A stretch of 64,000 bases of DNA from Bdellovibrionales bacterium (GTDB lineage Bacteria; Bdellovibrionota; UBA1018; CAIMNF01). Position 1 is the stretch's first letter, and each line of letters begins with the position of its first letter. Position numbers and translations under genes: made by a program. Under the pieces are notes generated by a model, which made no database searches, was not told the origin of the DNA, and saw only the letters and a program-made list of their open reading frames with translations. The stretch covers positions 26,034 to 90,033 of the forward strand of contig JBEIJY010000009.1 in NCBI GenBank assembly GCA_040380025.1, written 5' to 3'. This document shows, piece after piece, positions 28,050 to 37,845 of this stretch.

Positions 28050-29414
28050 TTAATGCTTTTGCTTGGAATTTGCCACATCCCCCGTCTCGAAAGTCCGCGA
28101 CATCCCCTCCCCGTCCTCAAACACCATCGGAATCGACCCCAGGTGCGAGTAATGCCGCACATGCAGGTGCGGTTCGCTCGCGAATCCGGTGAATCCCGAG
28201 AGCCCGAGCAAAGCTCCTGCAAGAACCCTCTCGCCGGTCCGGACCATGACACTCGATTGCTTCAGATGCACATACTCGGCAAAGGTTCCGTCCTCGTGCT
28301 CGATCAACACCAGATTCGCTTGCGATGCGAACTCCTCGGAGGGCCCGCCCGAAGAATGATCCCGGACCACCCGAACCACGGTGCCATCCCGCATGGCGAG
28401 CACGGGGGTTCCCTCGGGCATGGCAAAATCAATGGCATGTTCCTGCTCATTACGATGCGAAAAATCGCCACCCGGCCCCTGAAGAACGGCAAAGGACACC
28501 GACTCCGGAAAGGGAAGCATGAGCGTGGCCGGAAGAAGCGCCGGTGCCGGATGACCGGTGACCTCGTTCAGAAGTGAAACGAAATTCTCACGGAACGGAT
28601 ATCGGCCCTTCGGATCAAACATCCAGAACGCCTGAATGTGTCCGCCTCCGGGCACAAGCCACCAGGACTTCTTCGGGGGCGCACGCTGATAAAGCGCGCG
28701 GCCCAATGCCTCCGACACCACCGGATCATGGGTCCCGTGAATGATCAGGTACCTCGGACCGGGAGGAAGCGCGCCCTCGGCCGCTTTTGCGTCCGAGAGC
28801 ACCAAATCAGGAATCCACTGAAACGGCCAGGTCAGCCACGAACTCGCCAGAACCGAGCGCCCCGCCTCGCGGTACGAGGTGAAGCTCGACTCAAACGCCA
28901 CCAGCTTGATCTTTGCGAGCTCACGCGGATCGCGAATCTCGGCGGTCTCTTCGAGAGCCCTTTGCAATACCGCTCCCCCCAACGACTGCCCGAAAAGAAT
29001 CAGCGGTTTTTCTTGCTTCAGGGCCCAACGAATCATCCGGACTCCGTCTTCGACCGTGGTTTCGGGAGTGGGCGCGCCGGGAGTCTTTCCGTACCCTCGG
29101 TAATCGAAAATCACATACTCGAAGCCGTGCTCGGGAAGCCAAGAGAGCGCAGTGAAATGGGAAGTCAGGTTCTGGGCATTGCCATGAAAAAACAAAACAA
29201 GCCCTTTCGATTGCACAGATCCGGACCGGAAGCGCCATGCATGAAGCCCCTCGATCCAGAGATCATCCCAGCGGCGCTGATCGGCGAATCCGAAATCTCG
29301 CGGATGGGCATGCTCGCGATGATCCGGATGATACAAAAGCCCTGAGCAACCGGTACCCGTGCAAGAGAGAAATAAAAGCAAACTCAGAAAAAATAAGTGA
29401 CGCCCGATTGCCAT
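28050..29414 (-). CDS. alpha/beta hydrolase fused to M23 peptidase domain (probable lipoprotein)
   Basis: FFHGNAQN, FDYRGYG, GQSLGG, HGTHD, GGGH; C-terminal HAIDF, GTPV.A.RDG.V, YVHL, EPHLH. Confidence 0.85.
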   Translation of the reverse strand: MAIGRHLFFLSLLLFLSCTGTGCSGLLYHPDHREHAHPRDFGFADQRRWDDLWIEGLHAWRFRSGSVQSKGLVLFFHGNAQNLTSHFTALSWLPEHGFEYVIFDYRGYGKTPGAPTPETTVEDGVRMIRWALKQEKPLILFGQSLGGAVLQRALEETAEIRDPRELAKIKLVAFESSFTSYREAGRSVLASSWLTWPFQWIPDLVLSDAKAAEGALPPGPRYLIIHGTHDPVVSEALGRALYQRAPPKKSWWLVPGGGHIQAFWMFDPKGRYPFRENFVSLLNEVTGHPAPALLPATLMLPFPESVSFAVLQGPGGDFSHRNEQEHAIDFAMPEGTPVLAMRDGTVVRVVRDHSSGGPSEEFASQANLVLIEHEDGTFAEYVHLKQSSVMVRTGERVLAGALLGLSGFTGFASEPHLHVRHYSHLGSIPMVFEDGEGMSRTFETGDVANSKQKH

Positions 29415-31210
29415 GTCTTGGCTCCCGTTTGATCCACAAATCCGGCTCCCCACCCGAGGTTCTGCGTGATGTGCCAGCGGCCCTCGAGAGAAATCTCCGA
29501 GCCGAGCCCCGCTCTCGAAATCGTCTTCAGCACCGATCCCAAAAACGCGAATGACTCTCCGATGCGGGAATGGATTCCAAGCTCCAATGTGCCGTGAGGA
29601 CGAAGTGCGAACCAGCGGGGAGAAAGCAACCTGCCCCCGCCCAGCAAAAACAGACGCGCTCCCGGCACCGGGACCGTCGCTCCGCCTGCGACGTCGAGTC
29701 TTGTTCCCGAATCCGCCTCGTACACCACACCCACCTTCCAGCTCGGGTCGTACTTCACGCGGGTCCAGGACGAAAGCGACTGGACCTGAAACAAGCCGAG
29801 TCTTTGAAGCCGCAACCGATCGGAGGCGCGAACCGAGACATTCACAAACTCGATCTGCGCGGATTCGGGGTACCCGGCTGCTGGGTCAAGCAAGTCCTGC
29901 AAGGCCGGCCGGAACGAGAGCTGGGTGAACAGTCGCTCGGGATCATGGCCGACCCCGAGCTGAACCCGCCTCGGGCGATGTCCCTGGGAGGGATCCGGTT
30001 CCGTCCGCGCAACTTGCTCTTTTTGATCATCCTGAACCACACCGGTCAGGGCACGCGCACGAAGGGTCTGCTGTTTCAGCGCCTGTGGTGCATCTGCGTT
30101 TTGGATGAGGTCCTTGAAGTGGGCGAAGTCGATCCAATCCATGCGCGCATCGAGAACGGGAGCGCCCATCTCAGGCGTGCTTTCGGTGGTGTTCCAGGAT
30201 TCCGCCATCGTCCGATCCGGGGGCGAAAGAAGAGAGAGCCTCGCCTCCAGTTTTTTTCGCTGGGACGGTCGATACTCGACGCCCGAAACAAGATTCGGTT
30301 CCTGCATCAGGGACTGCAAGGTATGGGAGGGAATCACGAACCAAGGCATGCGATCGAGGAGTCCGATACGCCCGCGGGAGGAATCGAGAATCGCTTCGAG
30401 TGCGGCAAGGATCTCGTAAGAACAGTTCCGGGAAAAATAATAATACCGAAGCTCCGCACGATCGAGTTCCCAAAGATGGGCCACGAGCAACTCGAGCTCC
30501 GATGGACTCAATGCGAGCGGATAGGACCAAAGGTCCCGATTCTCGGCATCCGCGTATTCCCGAATTTTGTAGTAGTAGGGCATCGCCGTATATTCACCGC
30601 GAAACAGCCCGAGCATTCCGTAAAAGGCATACGAAACCGGATTGGAGGTGGTCACCGTTGCGGCGTACCCGATCCCGGTGTCCAAAAGCTCGGTGGGCGT
30701 CCCCGATTCCCGTGCGGACCGGGCACGATGGATTCGAAGAAACGAGTGCCCGAAAGCCGAGGCCGGATTATTGAGGTAATACCCCGAGAACACCACCGAG
30801 GCCCCCGTGGCCGAGAGGCGATCGCGAAACGCAGTCCATTCCTCGCATGGTTTTTTTGGGAGAACCGCAAGATGCAGCCGACTCAAAAGAAGAGCACGGG
30901 CCGGAAACTTGCAGTGAAAATCCGAATCGGGACGCGACAGCTCTTCAACCGAGGCCGAGAGCTCCGCATCCGGATCGGAATCGCCCCCGTGAGTGAGAAA
31001 GAACGCAGGAGCGGATTCGTTGCTCCAGTTCCCGAAAAAATCCTTTCGATAATGAAGGAGCCTGACCCAGGCATCCGGAATCGCAGAGGCACCTGGAACC
31101 GCAGAGACCTCTGCGAGCGAAATCGACGGAAAAACCGTAATCAGAAAAAAAAACAACCGGACCGGGCCGAAAGCCCGATCCGGTCGCACTCCCCGAAGGG
31201 ATGACATCAT
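29384..31210 (-). CDS. DUF4105 (Lnb N-terminal-like) domain protein with probable C-terminal beta-barrel
   Basis: W..LLHY, CKFPAR, NNPASAFGHSFLR, YY.KI.EY...ENRDLW.Y, YYYFSRNCSY; amphipathic strands ending TYFF. Confidence 0.8.
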   Translation of the reverse strand: MMSSLRGVRPDRAFGPVRLFFFLITVFPSISLAEVSAVPGASAIPDAWVRLLHYRKDFFGNWSNESAPAFFLTHGGDSDPDAELSASVEELSRPDSDFHCKFPARALLLSRLHLAVLPKKPCEEWTAFRDRLSATGASVVFSGYYLNNPASAFGHSFLRIHRARSARESGTPTELLDTGIGYAATVTTSNPVSYAFYGMLGLFRGEYTAMPYYYKIREYADAENRDLWSYPLALSPSELELLVAHLWELDRAELRYYYFSRNCSYEILAALEAILDSSRGRIGLLDRMPWFVIPSHTLQSLMQEPNLVSGVEYRPSQRKKLEARLSLLSPPDRTMAESWNTTESTPEMGAPVLDARMDWIDFAHFKDLIQNADAPQALKQQTLRARALTGVVQDDQKEQVARTEPDPSQGHRPRRVQLGVGHDPERLFTQLSFRPALQDLLDPAAGYPESAQIEFVNVSVRASDRLRLQRLGLFQVQSLSSWTRVKYDPSWKVGVVYEADSGTRLDVAGGATVPVPGARLFLLGGGRLLSPRWFALRPHGTLELGIHSRIGESFAFLGSVLKTISRAGLGSEISLEGRWHITQNLGWGAGFVDQTGAKTWQSGVTYFF

Positions 31211-31656
31211 GAACAGTTGCCCTTGATCATCGGAGTGATCGTCGACTCGATTTGGGCCGCTGAAACCTGATTGCCCGGGAAGATCTGTTTGAAATTCTTT
31301 TGAAGAGCAGGACCGACCTTTGCATTGTTCGCGCAACCGATCAGCTGGGTCAGACCATTCAGAGTCTCGCCGTTTCCGCGGGCGACATCGTTGGCAAGGG
31401 CTTCCCGGTTGGCTTCGATGTAAGCCTTCACTGTCGGAGCCGCACCACCGCCTCCGCAATTCGAGGTACCGAAGGTGATCCCGAAAGTCTGACTTGCAAA
31501 TGTCCCGTTGGTGGTTGCGGCCAAGATCTGGATCGGACCACGCTTCGAACCAAAGACCACGGATCCGAGACCGCATCCTGCGTCACCGTATCCGGCGGCT
31601 TGGGTTTGACTTGCCATTGCTGCGACTGCGACCAGAGCCAATACAATACGTTTCAT
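31207..31656 (-). CDS. DUF3015 family exported protein
   Basis: Signal peptide; GCGLGS, AATTNGT...QTFGITFGTSNC, D.ARG.GE.L..L..L.GC. Confidence 0.88.
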   Translation of the reverse strand: MKRIVLALVAVAAMASQTQAAGYGDAGCGLGSVVFGSKRGPIQILAATTNGTFASQTFGITFGTSNCGGGGAAPTVKAYIEANREALANDVARGNGETLNGLTQLIGCANNAKVGPALQKNFKQIFPGNQVSAAQIESTITPMIKGNCS

Positions 31657-31754
31657 AATTCTCTCCTTATTCAGTTTGAGGTTAAACTACATCGAAGAGA
31701 GTAGATTCGGGTCACGGACGAAGCAAGCGACATTCCGACCCTGAACCCGAAAAA

Positions 31755-32378
31755 TCACCGCTGACCTGTGATCTTGATCGGGATCAAAAGATCCGGGAGG
31801 GATTCCCGTTCCTGCATCCGACGAAAGACCGCATCGGGCAGACCATTGTTCCCTACCCCGGCATCTTGCTTCCAACGCTGATACGCCTCCCGAACCCAGG
31901 CCGGATATGCGGGTTTTCCAGGAATCAAAAAAATTCCCGCTTCGAGGCGGATCATCTGTGTTTCGGGAGAAACCGTAAAATCGATCGAGTTCATTTCCGG
32001 GTTCGCATCGAGCCCCACCTGATGAGGCTCAAACCCCGGCTTGGTCAGAAACACGCCGGTGAGGTCAATGTAATATTCCTTCTTCAGCCCGGGCTCGTTC
32101 ACGACGTAAGGCAACACACCCGCCCGAAGTGCGCTCTGTTCAAGAATCGCCGAATGGACATCGGGATTCGAGACATAATACCGGAACACCTCGTCCCGAC
32201 CGGGCTGATAACGAATGGCGGATCGGGGGAACCCTCGAACCTCGATCACATCCCCCCGTGAGGCACTCGAATACAAAAGCCGCCATTCCAACGGACCGGA
32301 AAGCAAACCGGAGCAATCCTCCTGTGCGCGAACCGAATTGCTGAAGAAAACCAATGAAAGTGCGATCGCAATCCGCAT
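31755..32378 (-). CDS. hypothetical exported protein
   Basis: Signal peptide MRIAIALSLVFFSNSVRA, then CSGLL. Confidence 0.65.
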   Translation of the reverse strand: MRIAIALSLVFFSNSVRAQEDCSGLLSGPLEWRLLYSSASRGDVIEVRGFPRSAIRYQPGRDEVFRYYVSNPDVHSAILEQSALRAGVLPYVVNEPGLKKEYYIDLTGVFLTKPGFEPHQVGLDANPEMNSIDFTVSPETQMIRLEAGIFLIPGKPAYPAWVREAYQRWKQDAGVGNNGLPDAVFRRMQERESLPDLLIPIKITGQR

Positions 32379-32393
32379 TCCCCCGAATCTCCC

Positions 32394-33872
32394 TTATTTC
32401 GACGCCGAAGCACTCATGCGCGAAGAGATCTGCTTCACCACCCGGATCGCCGAGACGGCGGCATCGTCCGAATGGGTACCCTCGGTGAAGTCCCCGGCAA
32501 AGTACACGCGTCCCTCGGGGGTACGCATGAGCTCAGACAGGCTGTCGAAGCGGCTTCGCCCCACTGGCCACCCTGCGATGGCGCGTGGATGATAGCGGTA
32601 AAACGTCATGCGCCGGATGTGCTTGCCGAAGCCGGGCCAGATCTTCTCGAACCCGCCGCGGATCATGCCGCTTACGGTATCGAACGAAATGCTGCGGGAA
32701 TTGTAGACCTCGGCATGATCTCCGGTGACCAAGAGATTCAGGAGCAAATCGCCTGATTTCTCGGGAACAGAGCCCTCGTAGATCACGCCCACCGGGGATC
32801 CGCTCAGAATCGGAAGCACACTCTCGTTGTTGACCTTCCAGAAGCGCTCCGCTTCGCGGTCGATCACGACATGCGCGGTGAAATACGCGCCCCAGCTTTG
32901 GGTTTGAATCGCCTCTTGCCTTTTTGCGGGAAGTTCCGGGGTGAAATGCACCTCGTTCAGACGAAACAGCGGAATCGTACTGACCACATGATCGGCCAGA
33001 AAAACTTTTTGCTCGAAGGTCGAGGTATCGGTCGCGATCACCTCGACCGAGTCATCTTTTTGATTGATATTCGTGACCTGGGTATTCAAAAGAAATCGTT
33101 CTTTGCCGAGCTTCGCAGCCACCGCCTCGGCAAAGCTTTGGTTCCCCGCCTTGATGTGAAACGAGCCGCGGCCCTCTCCCGAACAGAACTGCCACTCGGC
33201 AATTCCATCGAGAGCGCTCAATCGGGACCAGGGGGTTCCGTACTCGGGCTCGGACTGCATCCGGATGAACTCGAGCGTTTTTTTCGAGAGACCGAACTTC
33301 TTCTGCGACGCCCATTTCTCGAACGAAATATCCTTCAGCTTCAACAAAGCGGCATCAAGGCCCTTCGAGCGAATTTGCCGATACAGGGCCGAGACTTCAC
33401 GATCCCATTCCTGATATTTCTTGTACTCGGCCTCACTCAAAAACGATTTCAGGAACTCCGGATTGGTGTTTTGGAGGAACGGAATGATTTTTCCCTCATG
33501 AAGAAAACTCGAAAATGAGGTGGCAGAAGCCTCGATCGGAAGCTTGAGTTCCCGGATGATCTCGAGGGCGGGATTCCCTTCCCAGAATTCCTCGAGCCCC
33601 ACTTCGGCCGAACCCCCGCCCGGATAACTTGCGGTGCGGACTCTGCCTCCGAGCCTCGGAGCAAGCTCCACGAGCTGAAACCCGATTCCGGCTTTTTCAA
33701 GATGCCAAGCGGTGGAGAGTCCTGCAATCCCCCCGCCGATGATCAGCACCGGGACTTTCTTCGGGGCTTTTGCAGAAGTGACAGATCCCGCGGCGGATGC
33801 GGTACCGTACGAAAAACAAAACAGAATCGGAAGCACAAGAAATCGAACAACAAAGGAGAGACCGGATTTCAT
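32394..33872 (-). CDS. flavin monoamine/amino-acid oxidase family protein with signal peptide
   Basis: IIGGGIAGL, E...RLGGRV.T, ADHVVSTIP, YFAGD. Confidence 0.85.
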   Translation of the reverse strand: MKSGLSFVVRFLVLPILFCFSYGTASAAGSVTSAKAPKKVPVLIIGGGIAGLSTAWHLEKAGIGFQLVELAPRLGGRVRTASYPGGGSAEVGLEEFWEGNPALEIIRELKLPIEASATSFSSFLHEGKIIPFLQNTNPEFLKSFLSEAEYKKYQEWDREVSALYRQIRSKGLDAALLKLKDISFEKWASQKKFGLSKKTLEFIRMQSEPEYGTPWSRLSALDGIAEWQFCSGEGRGSFHIKAGNQSFAEAVAAKLGKERFLLNTQVTNINQKDDSVEVIATDTSTFEQKVFLADHVVSTIPLFRLNEVHFTPELPAKRQEAIQTQSWGAYFTAHVVIDREAERFWKVNNESVLPILSGSPVGVIYEGSVPEKSGDLLLNLLVTGDHAEVYNSRSISFDTVSGMIRGGFEKIWPGFGKHIRRMTFYRYHPRAIAGWPVGRSRFDSLSELMRTPEGRVYFAGDFTEGTHSDDAAVSAIRVVKQISSRMSASASK

Positions 33873-33881
33873 GCGGGGACG

Positions 33882-34775
33882 CTAACAGCGCTTCACCAAG
33901 CGGTCAATGAGGCGGGACACCTCTTCGTTCGGACCCAAGCTCTGCCGGGTGATGGCATAGAACCGCTGTTGAATCCGGTCGAGCCGGGCGATCACCTTGA
34001 GGTCGCCGCTGGTGATCTCGCGCAAAGCCCCGAGTTCTGGAAGCGCAACCACCGCCCCCGAGCGCAAGGCAAGGACCCGAAGAAGGGCGATGTCGTCGAT
34101 TTCTCCGGCGATCCGAAACGGAACCGAAAGATCCTCGAGGAACGCATGGAGTTCGGGTTTGGCCTCGAACCCCCGTCCCGGGATGAAGAGGGATTTTCCT
34201 TTCAGGATCTTTTCGAGGGTGGGCCGTGCCGAGCGCACTTGGCTTTTTTCGACCACAAACACGAGTGGCGATGAGGCCAGCACCCAAGAACGGAATCCCC
34301 GCCCCACCTCGGCTCCCACCCCATGCGAACCGAGCACGACATCGAGCTCGTACTCCGCCAGCATCGACAGGAGGTTCCGCGCATCGCCCGCGATCACCTC
34401 GAAGCGCACTCCCGGGTTCGAGATCAGGGGCGCCATGAATTGGCACTGGAGGTTTCGCGAGAGTCCGGAGAGCGCACCGATCCGAATCACCCGGAGCTTC
34501 GGAAGCGCACCCTTCGTGGCCCAGTGGAGCAATTCCCGGCTTGTCTCGAAGATCGAATCAGCATACTCGAGCACCTTCCGGCCCTCGGGCGTGATCTCGG
34601 GCCTTCTCGGGTTCGACCGGTCGACAAGCGGCAGCGAGAGCGACTCCTCGAGCTGACGGATCTGCGTGGTCACCGCCGACTGGGCGATGCCGAGCTCGCG
34701 CGCGGTTTTGGTGAAGCTCCCGTTCCGGCCGAAAACCCAATACAAATACAAATGATGATGATTCAGCCTTTGCAT
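33882..34775 (-). CDS. LysR family regulator (NhaR-like)
   Basis: LNHHHL.L.W...GSFT..A..L...QSAV..QI.QLE HTH; GEIDDIALLR. Confidence 0.9.
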   Translation of the reverse strand: MQRLNHHHLYLYWVFGRNGSFTKTARELGIAQSAVTTQIRQLEESLSLPLVDRSNPRRPEITPEGRKVLEYADSIFETSRELLHWATKGALPKLRVIRIGALSGLSRNLQCQFMAPLISNPGVRFEVIAGDARNLLSMLAEYELDVVLGSHGVGAEVGRGFRSWVLASSPLVFVVEKSQVRSARPTLEKILKGKSLFIPGRGFEAKPELHAFLEDLSVPFRIAGEIDDIALLRVLALRSGAVVALPELGALREITSGDLKVIARLDRIQQRFYAITRQSLGPNEEVSRLIDRLVKRC

Positions 34776-34786
34776 GAATCCTGATT

Positions 34787-34801
34787 ATCTTTTTTATCGA
34801 T
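34787..34801. promoter_or_regulatory. candidate LysR operator (T-N11-A dyad)
   Basis: ATC-N9-GAT in the AT-rich lysR/icd divergent spacer. Confidence 0.4.
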
Positions 34802-34876
34802 GTTCTTGAACTAAATTATCTATTTTATTTGTATCCCCGCATGAATCATCCTGATTGAAGAGGAGAAACCACCAAC

Positions 34877-36325
34877 ATGACCACCCCCAGAATCACAGTT
34901 GCCCACGGAGACGGAATCGGACCCGAGATCATGGCCGCGACTCTCGACATTCTTGCCGCCGCCGGCGCGAACCTGGCCTATGACACGATCGAGATCGGAG
35001 AGAAAGTCTATCAGCGGGGCCTGAACGCGGGAATCGAGGACAAAGCCTGGGAGAAACTGGTCGAGAACCGGATCTTCCTGAAAGCACCGATCACCACCCC
35101 CCAAGGGGGCGGCTTCAAGAGCCTGAATGTGACCGTGCGAAAAAGCCTGGGACTCTATGCGAACGTGCGCCCCTGCCGCTCCTTCTCGCCCTTCATTCGC
35201 ACCAAGCACCCGGGCATGGATGTGGTGATCATCCGCGAGAACGAAGAAGACCTGTACGCCGGAATCGAACACCGCCAGACCGATGAGGTATACCAGTGCC
35301 TGAAGGTGATCTCCCGCCCCGGATGCGAGAAGATCGTGCGCTATGCCTTTGAATACGCCAAACGCTCGGGACGCAAAAAAGTCACCTGCTTCACCAAAGA
35401 CAACATCATGAAGATGACCGACGGGCTTTTTCATAAAGTGTTCGATGAAATCGGCGCGGAATACCCCGCGCTCGAAAAAGAGCACTGGATTGTCGACATC
35501 GGTGCCGCGAAACTTGCCGACACCCCCGAGGTGTTCGACGTGATCGTCATGCCGAACCTGTATGGCGATATTCTGAGCGATGTGGCGGCCCAGATCGCGG
35601 GCTCGGTCGGACTGGCCGGCTCCTCGAACATCGGCGAGCATTGCTCGATGTTCGAAGCGATTCACGGCTCGGCACCCCGACGCGCAGGACAAGACCTCGC
35701 GAACCCGAGCGGACTCCTGCTCGGAGCAGTCCAGATGCTGGTGCACATGGGGCAGGGAAAAGCCGCCGAGAAGATCCATAATGCTTGGCTGAAGACCATC
35801 GAGGACGGCGTTCACACCTATGATATTTTTCAGGAAGGTCTGAGCAAAAAGAAAGCCGGAACCAAGGAATTCGCAAAGGCAATCGTGGAGCGTCTGGGCG
35901 AGGAGCCCGCGAAACTGACTCGCGCCTCGTACCCCGCGACCGAGCCTCTTCGTTTGGTGTACAAGCCCGGCTCCACTGCGCCCGCAAAAAAACAGCTGGC
36001 AGGCGTGGATGTCTTCGTTCATGAACGGAACAGGAACCCGGCGGCGCTTGCGGAACGAGTGAATCAAGCGATCGGAGCAAGCCCGCTTGAGCTGCAAATG
36101 ATCACGAACCGCGGAGTGAAGGTGTTCCCGCAGGGGCTGAAGGAAACCTTCTGTACCGATCACTGGCGGTGCCGGTTCACGGCAAAGAACGGGGCGGTCG
36201 TCACCCCGGACCTGATCTGGAAGCTCATGCGCGACCTCGAAGCAGGCAAGATCGACACCATCAAAACCGAGAACCTCTACCTGTTTGACGGAGAAAAAGG
36301 ATTCTCGCTTGGGCAAGGGCAGTAA
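34877..36325 (+). CDS. icd: NADP-dependent isocitrate dehydrogenase (long type with C-terminal extension)
   Basis: GDGIGPEI, KAPITTPQGGG.KSLNV, RENEEDLY, KDNIMK.TDGLF, NLYGDILSD, FEAIHGSAP; GAGGAG RBS. Confidence 0.95.
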   Translation: MTTPRITVAHGDGIGPEIMAATLDILAAAGANLAYDTIEIGEKVYQRGLNAGIEDKAWEKLVENRIFLKAPITTPQGGGFKSLNVTVRKSLGLYANVRPCRSFSPFIRTKHPGMDVVIIRENEEDLYAGIEHRQTDEVYQCLKVISRPGCEKIVRYAFEYAKRSGRKKVTCFTKDNIMKMTDGLFHKVFDEIGAEYPALEKEHWIVDIGAAKLADTPEVFDVIVMPNLYGDILSDVAAQIAGSVGLAGSSNIGEHCSMFEAIHGSAPRRAGQDLANPSGLLLGAVQMLVHMGQGKAAEKIHNAWLKTIEDGVHTYDIFQEGLSKKKAGTKEFAKAIVERLGEEPAKLTRASYPATEPLRLVYKPGSTAPAKKQLAGVDVFVHERNRNPAALAERVNQAIGASPLELQMITNRGVKVFPQGLKETFCTDHWRCRFTAKNGAVVTPDLIWKLMRDLEAGKIDTIKTENLYLFDGEKGFSLGQGQ

Positions 36326-37169
36326 GCGTCATCCTTACGCAGGTCACACGGTCTTTCTCGGAACCCTCCACGAGAAAGACCGTGCGATCCGTCCCGCGCT
36401 CGATTTGCTGGAGCTAAGGTGCGAACCGGTCGCGATCGACTCCGACCGGTTCGGCTCGTTTTGCGGCTCGATTGCGCGCACAGGTACCGTGCTCGAAACC
36501 CTGCGAAAAAAGGTCGACGCCGTGGCGGTGCTCCTTCCCGAAGCGCGGTTTGTGATGGCAAGCGAGGGGAGCTTCGGACCGCATCCGGCCTTTGGGATCA
36601 TCGCTTGCGATCATGAGGCGCTGTTGCTCGTGGATCGATTGCAACACCGGGAATTTTACGCCGAAACGGTGTCTCTGCGGGTGAAGAACCGCGAAATCGA
36701 ATTTGGACCGCACGACGATCTTGATCGAGCACTTGCAGAACTGGGCGCGCCAGAGCATGCGGTACTCGTGCGCCCGAAGGGGGCATCAGAGCCCATCGCA
36801 AAAGGTCTTCGCAAGCGCACCGAGATCGCGCGGACCATGGTCGAGTGCTTTGCCCGAAGTCCTGAGGCGAGGGTGCTCATTTCGAACGATCTGCGGGCCC
36901 ATCAAAACCCGACCCGCATGCGGGCAATCGCTGAAGCGGCCGGGAATCTGGTCGAGAAGCTTTCTTCTTTTTGCCCGAAATGCACAGCACCCGGGTTCTG
37001 GTCGATCCGACGAAGAACCGGGCTTCGGTGCCGGGCCTGCGGGAGCAAAACGCATAAAACCATCGGCCATGAGTGGCTGTGCGGGGCGTGCGGCCATGAG
37101 GAATTCCGCGAGAACGGCAATGCCTCGCTCGGGGCGGAGCCCGGGGATTGCCCGGAGTGCAATCCGTGA
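36285..37169 (+). CDS. DUF6671-like protein with C-terminal Cys clusters
   Basis: T.HEK..AI, DSD.FG.F.G.I.R, ASEGSFGPHP, DLRAH.NPTRM, CP.C..PGF, C..C, C..C, C..CNP. Start uncertain. Confidence 0.75.
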   Translation: MTEKKDSRLGKGSKRHPYAGHTVFLGTLHEKDRAIRPALDLLELRCEPVAIDSDRFGSFCGSIARTGTVLETLRKKVDAVAVLLPEARFVMASEGSFGPHPAFGIIACDHEALLLVDRLQHREFYAETVSLRVKNREIEFGPHDDLDRALAELGAPEHAVLVRPKGASEPIAKGLRKRTEIARTMVECFARSPEARVLISNDLRAHQNPTRMRAIAEAAGNLVEKLSSFCPKCTAPGFWSIRRRTGLRCRACGSKTHKTIGHEWLCGACGHEEFRENGNASLGAEPGDCPECNP

Positions 37170-37170
37170 C

Positions 37171-37557
37171 TCAGTCGCGACAAACCGGCAGAGCCCGATC
37201 GAGCTTTTGATAGGCCTTCGAGAAGGCCTTCGCAAAATCCCGAACCGAACACAGCTGAGTCAGGCAGATCACCGTGCTTTCGCCCCGGTACTCACCGAGC
37301 TCGAGCACCGCGCGGGCCCAGTGAAACCGCGCACGAGACACATCCTCGCCGATGATCCGAAGCTCGGCGTCGGCCTCATTCGGGCTCGGGACCTCGACAT
37401 ACCCGTGCGACTCAAGGAGCTTCGAAAAATCAAAGCCGATGGGATGTCCCTCATAGAGGAATTCCCGTTCGGACACAAACACGCGGCAAGCGGCCTGGGA
37501 ATCAAGGGCGGGAAGGAGCGCAAGAACGACCAGGAGGCAACGAAGGATCCAGTTCAT
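37171..37557 (-). CDS. hypothetical exported protein
   Basis: Signal peptide; four Cys (AAC...CLTQLC...LPVC). Confidence 0.65.
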   Translation of the reverse strand: MNWILRCLLVVLALLPALDSQAACRVFVSEREFLYEGHPIGFDFSKLLESHGYVEVPSPNEADAELRIIGEDVSRARFHWARAVLELGEYRGESTVICLTQLCSVRDFAKAFSKAYQKLDRALPVCRD

Positions 37558-37598
37558 GGCGCGAGGGTAAACCAAAGCGGTGGAATTGCAAAGACCAC

Positions 37599-37796
37599 AA
37601 ACTGCACCCTTTGGTTGTGCTTGGGTTGTCACTCAGAGTGCGGGAGGGGCCCGATAGGATTCGGCTTTTACCTCCGAGCCGGGTCCTCCGGCCTCGCTCT
37701 CGCCATCCTGGCTCGCGAGAGTCGGCAAAAACCGAATCCTATCGGGCCCCTCCCCCACTCTGAGGACACCAGAAAGCACAATCAAATGGGGCAGTT
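37599..37796. repeat. modular palindromic repeat, copy E1
   Basis: Ends AAACTGCACCCTTTGGTTGTGCTT / AAGCACAATCAAATGGGGCAGTT; 33-bp internal stem; conserved CCATCCTGG core. Confidence 0.85.
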
Positions 37797-37845
37797 CGGG
37801 GTTTTTCGCTTCCCAATTCGCCGTTTTTCCCCGAAAACCTCTGCC

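Noticed and set aside
29570..36316. 544-aa (+) and 498-aa (-) ORFs
   Set aside because: Antisense to the DUF4105 gene and icd.
36703..37845. N-terminal 381 aa of the 778-aa ORF
   Set aside because: Runs through two other genes and repeat E1; a signal peptide begins at 37846.
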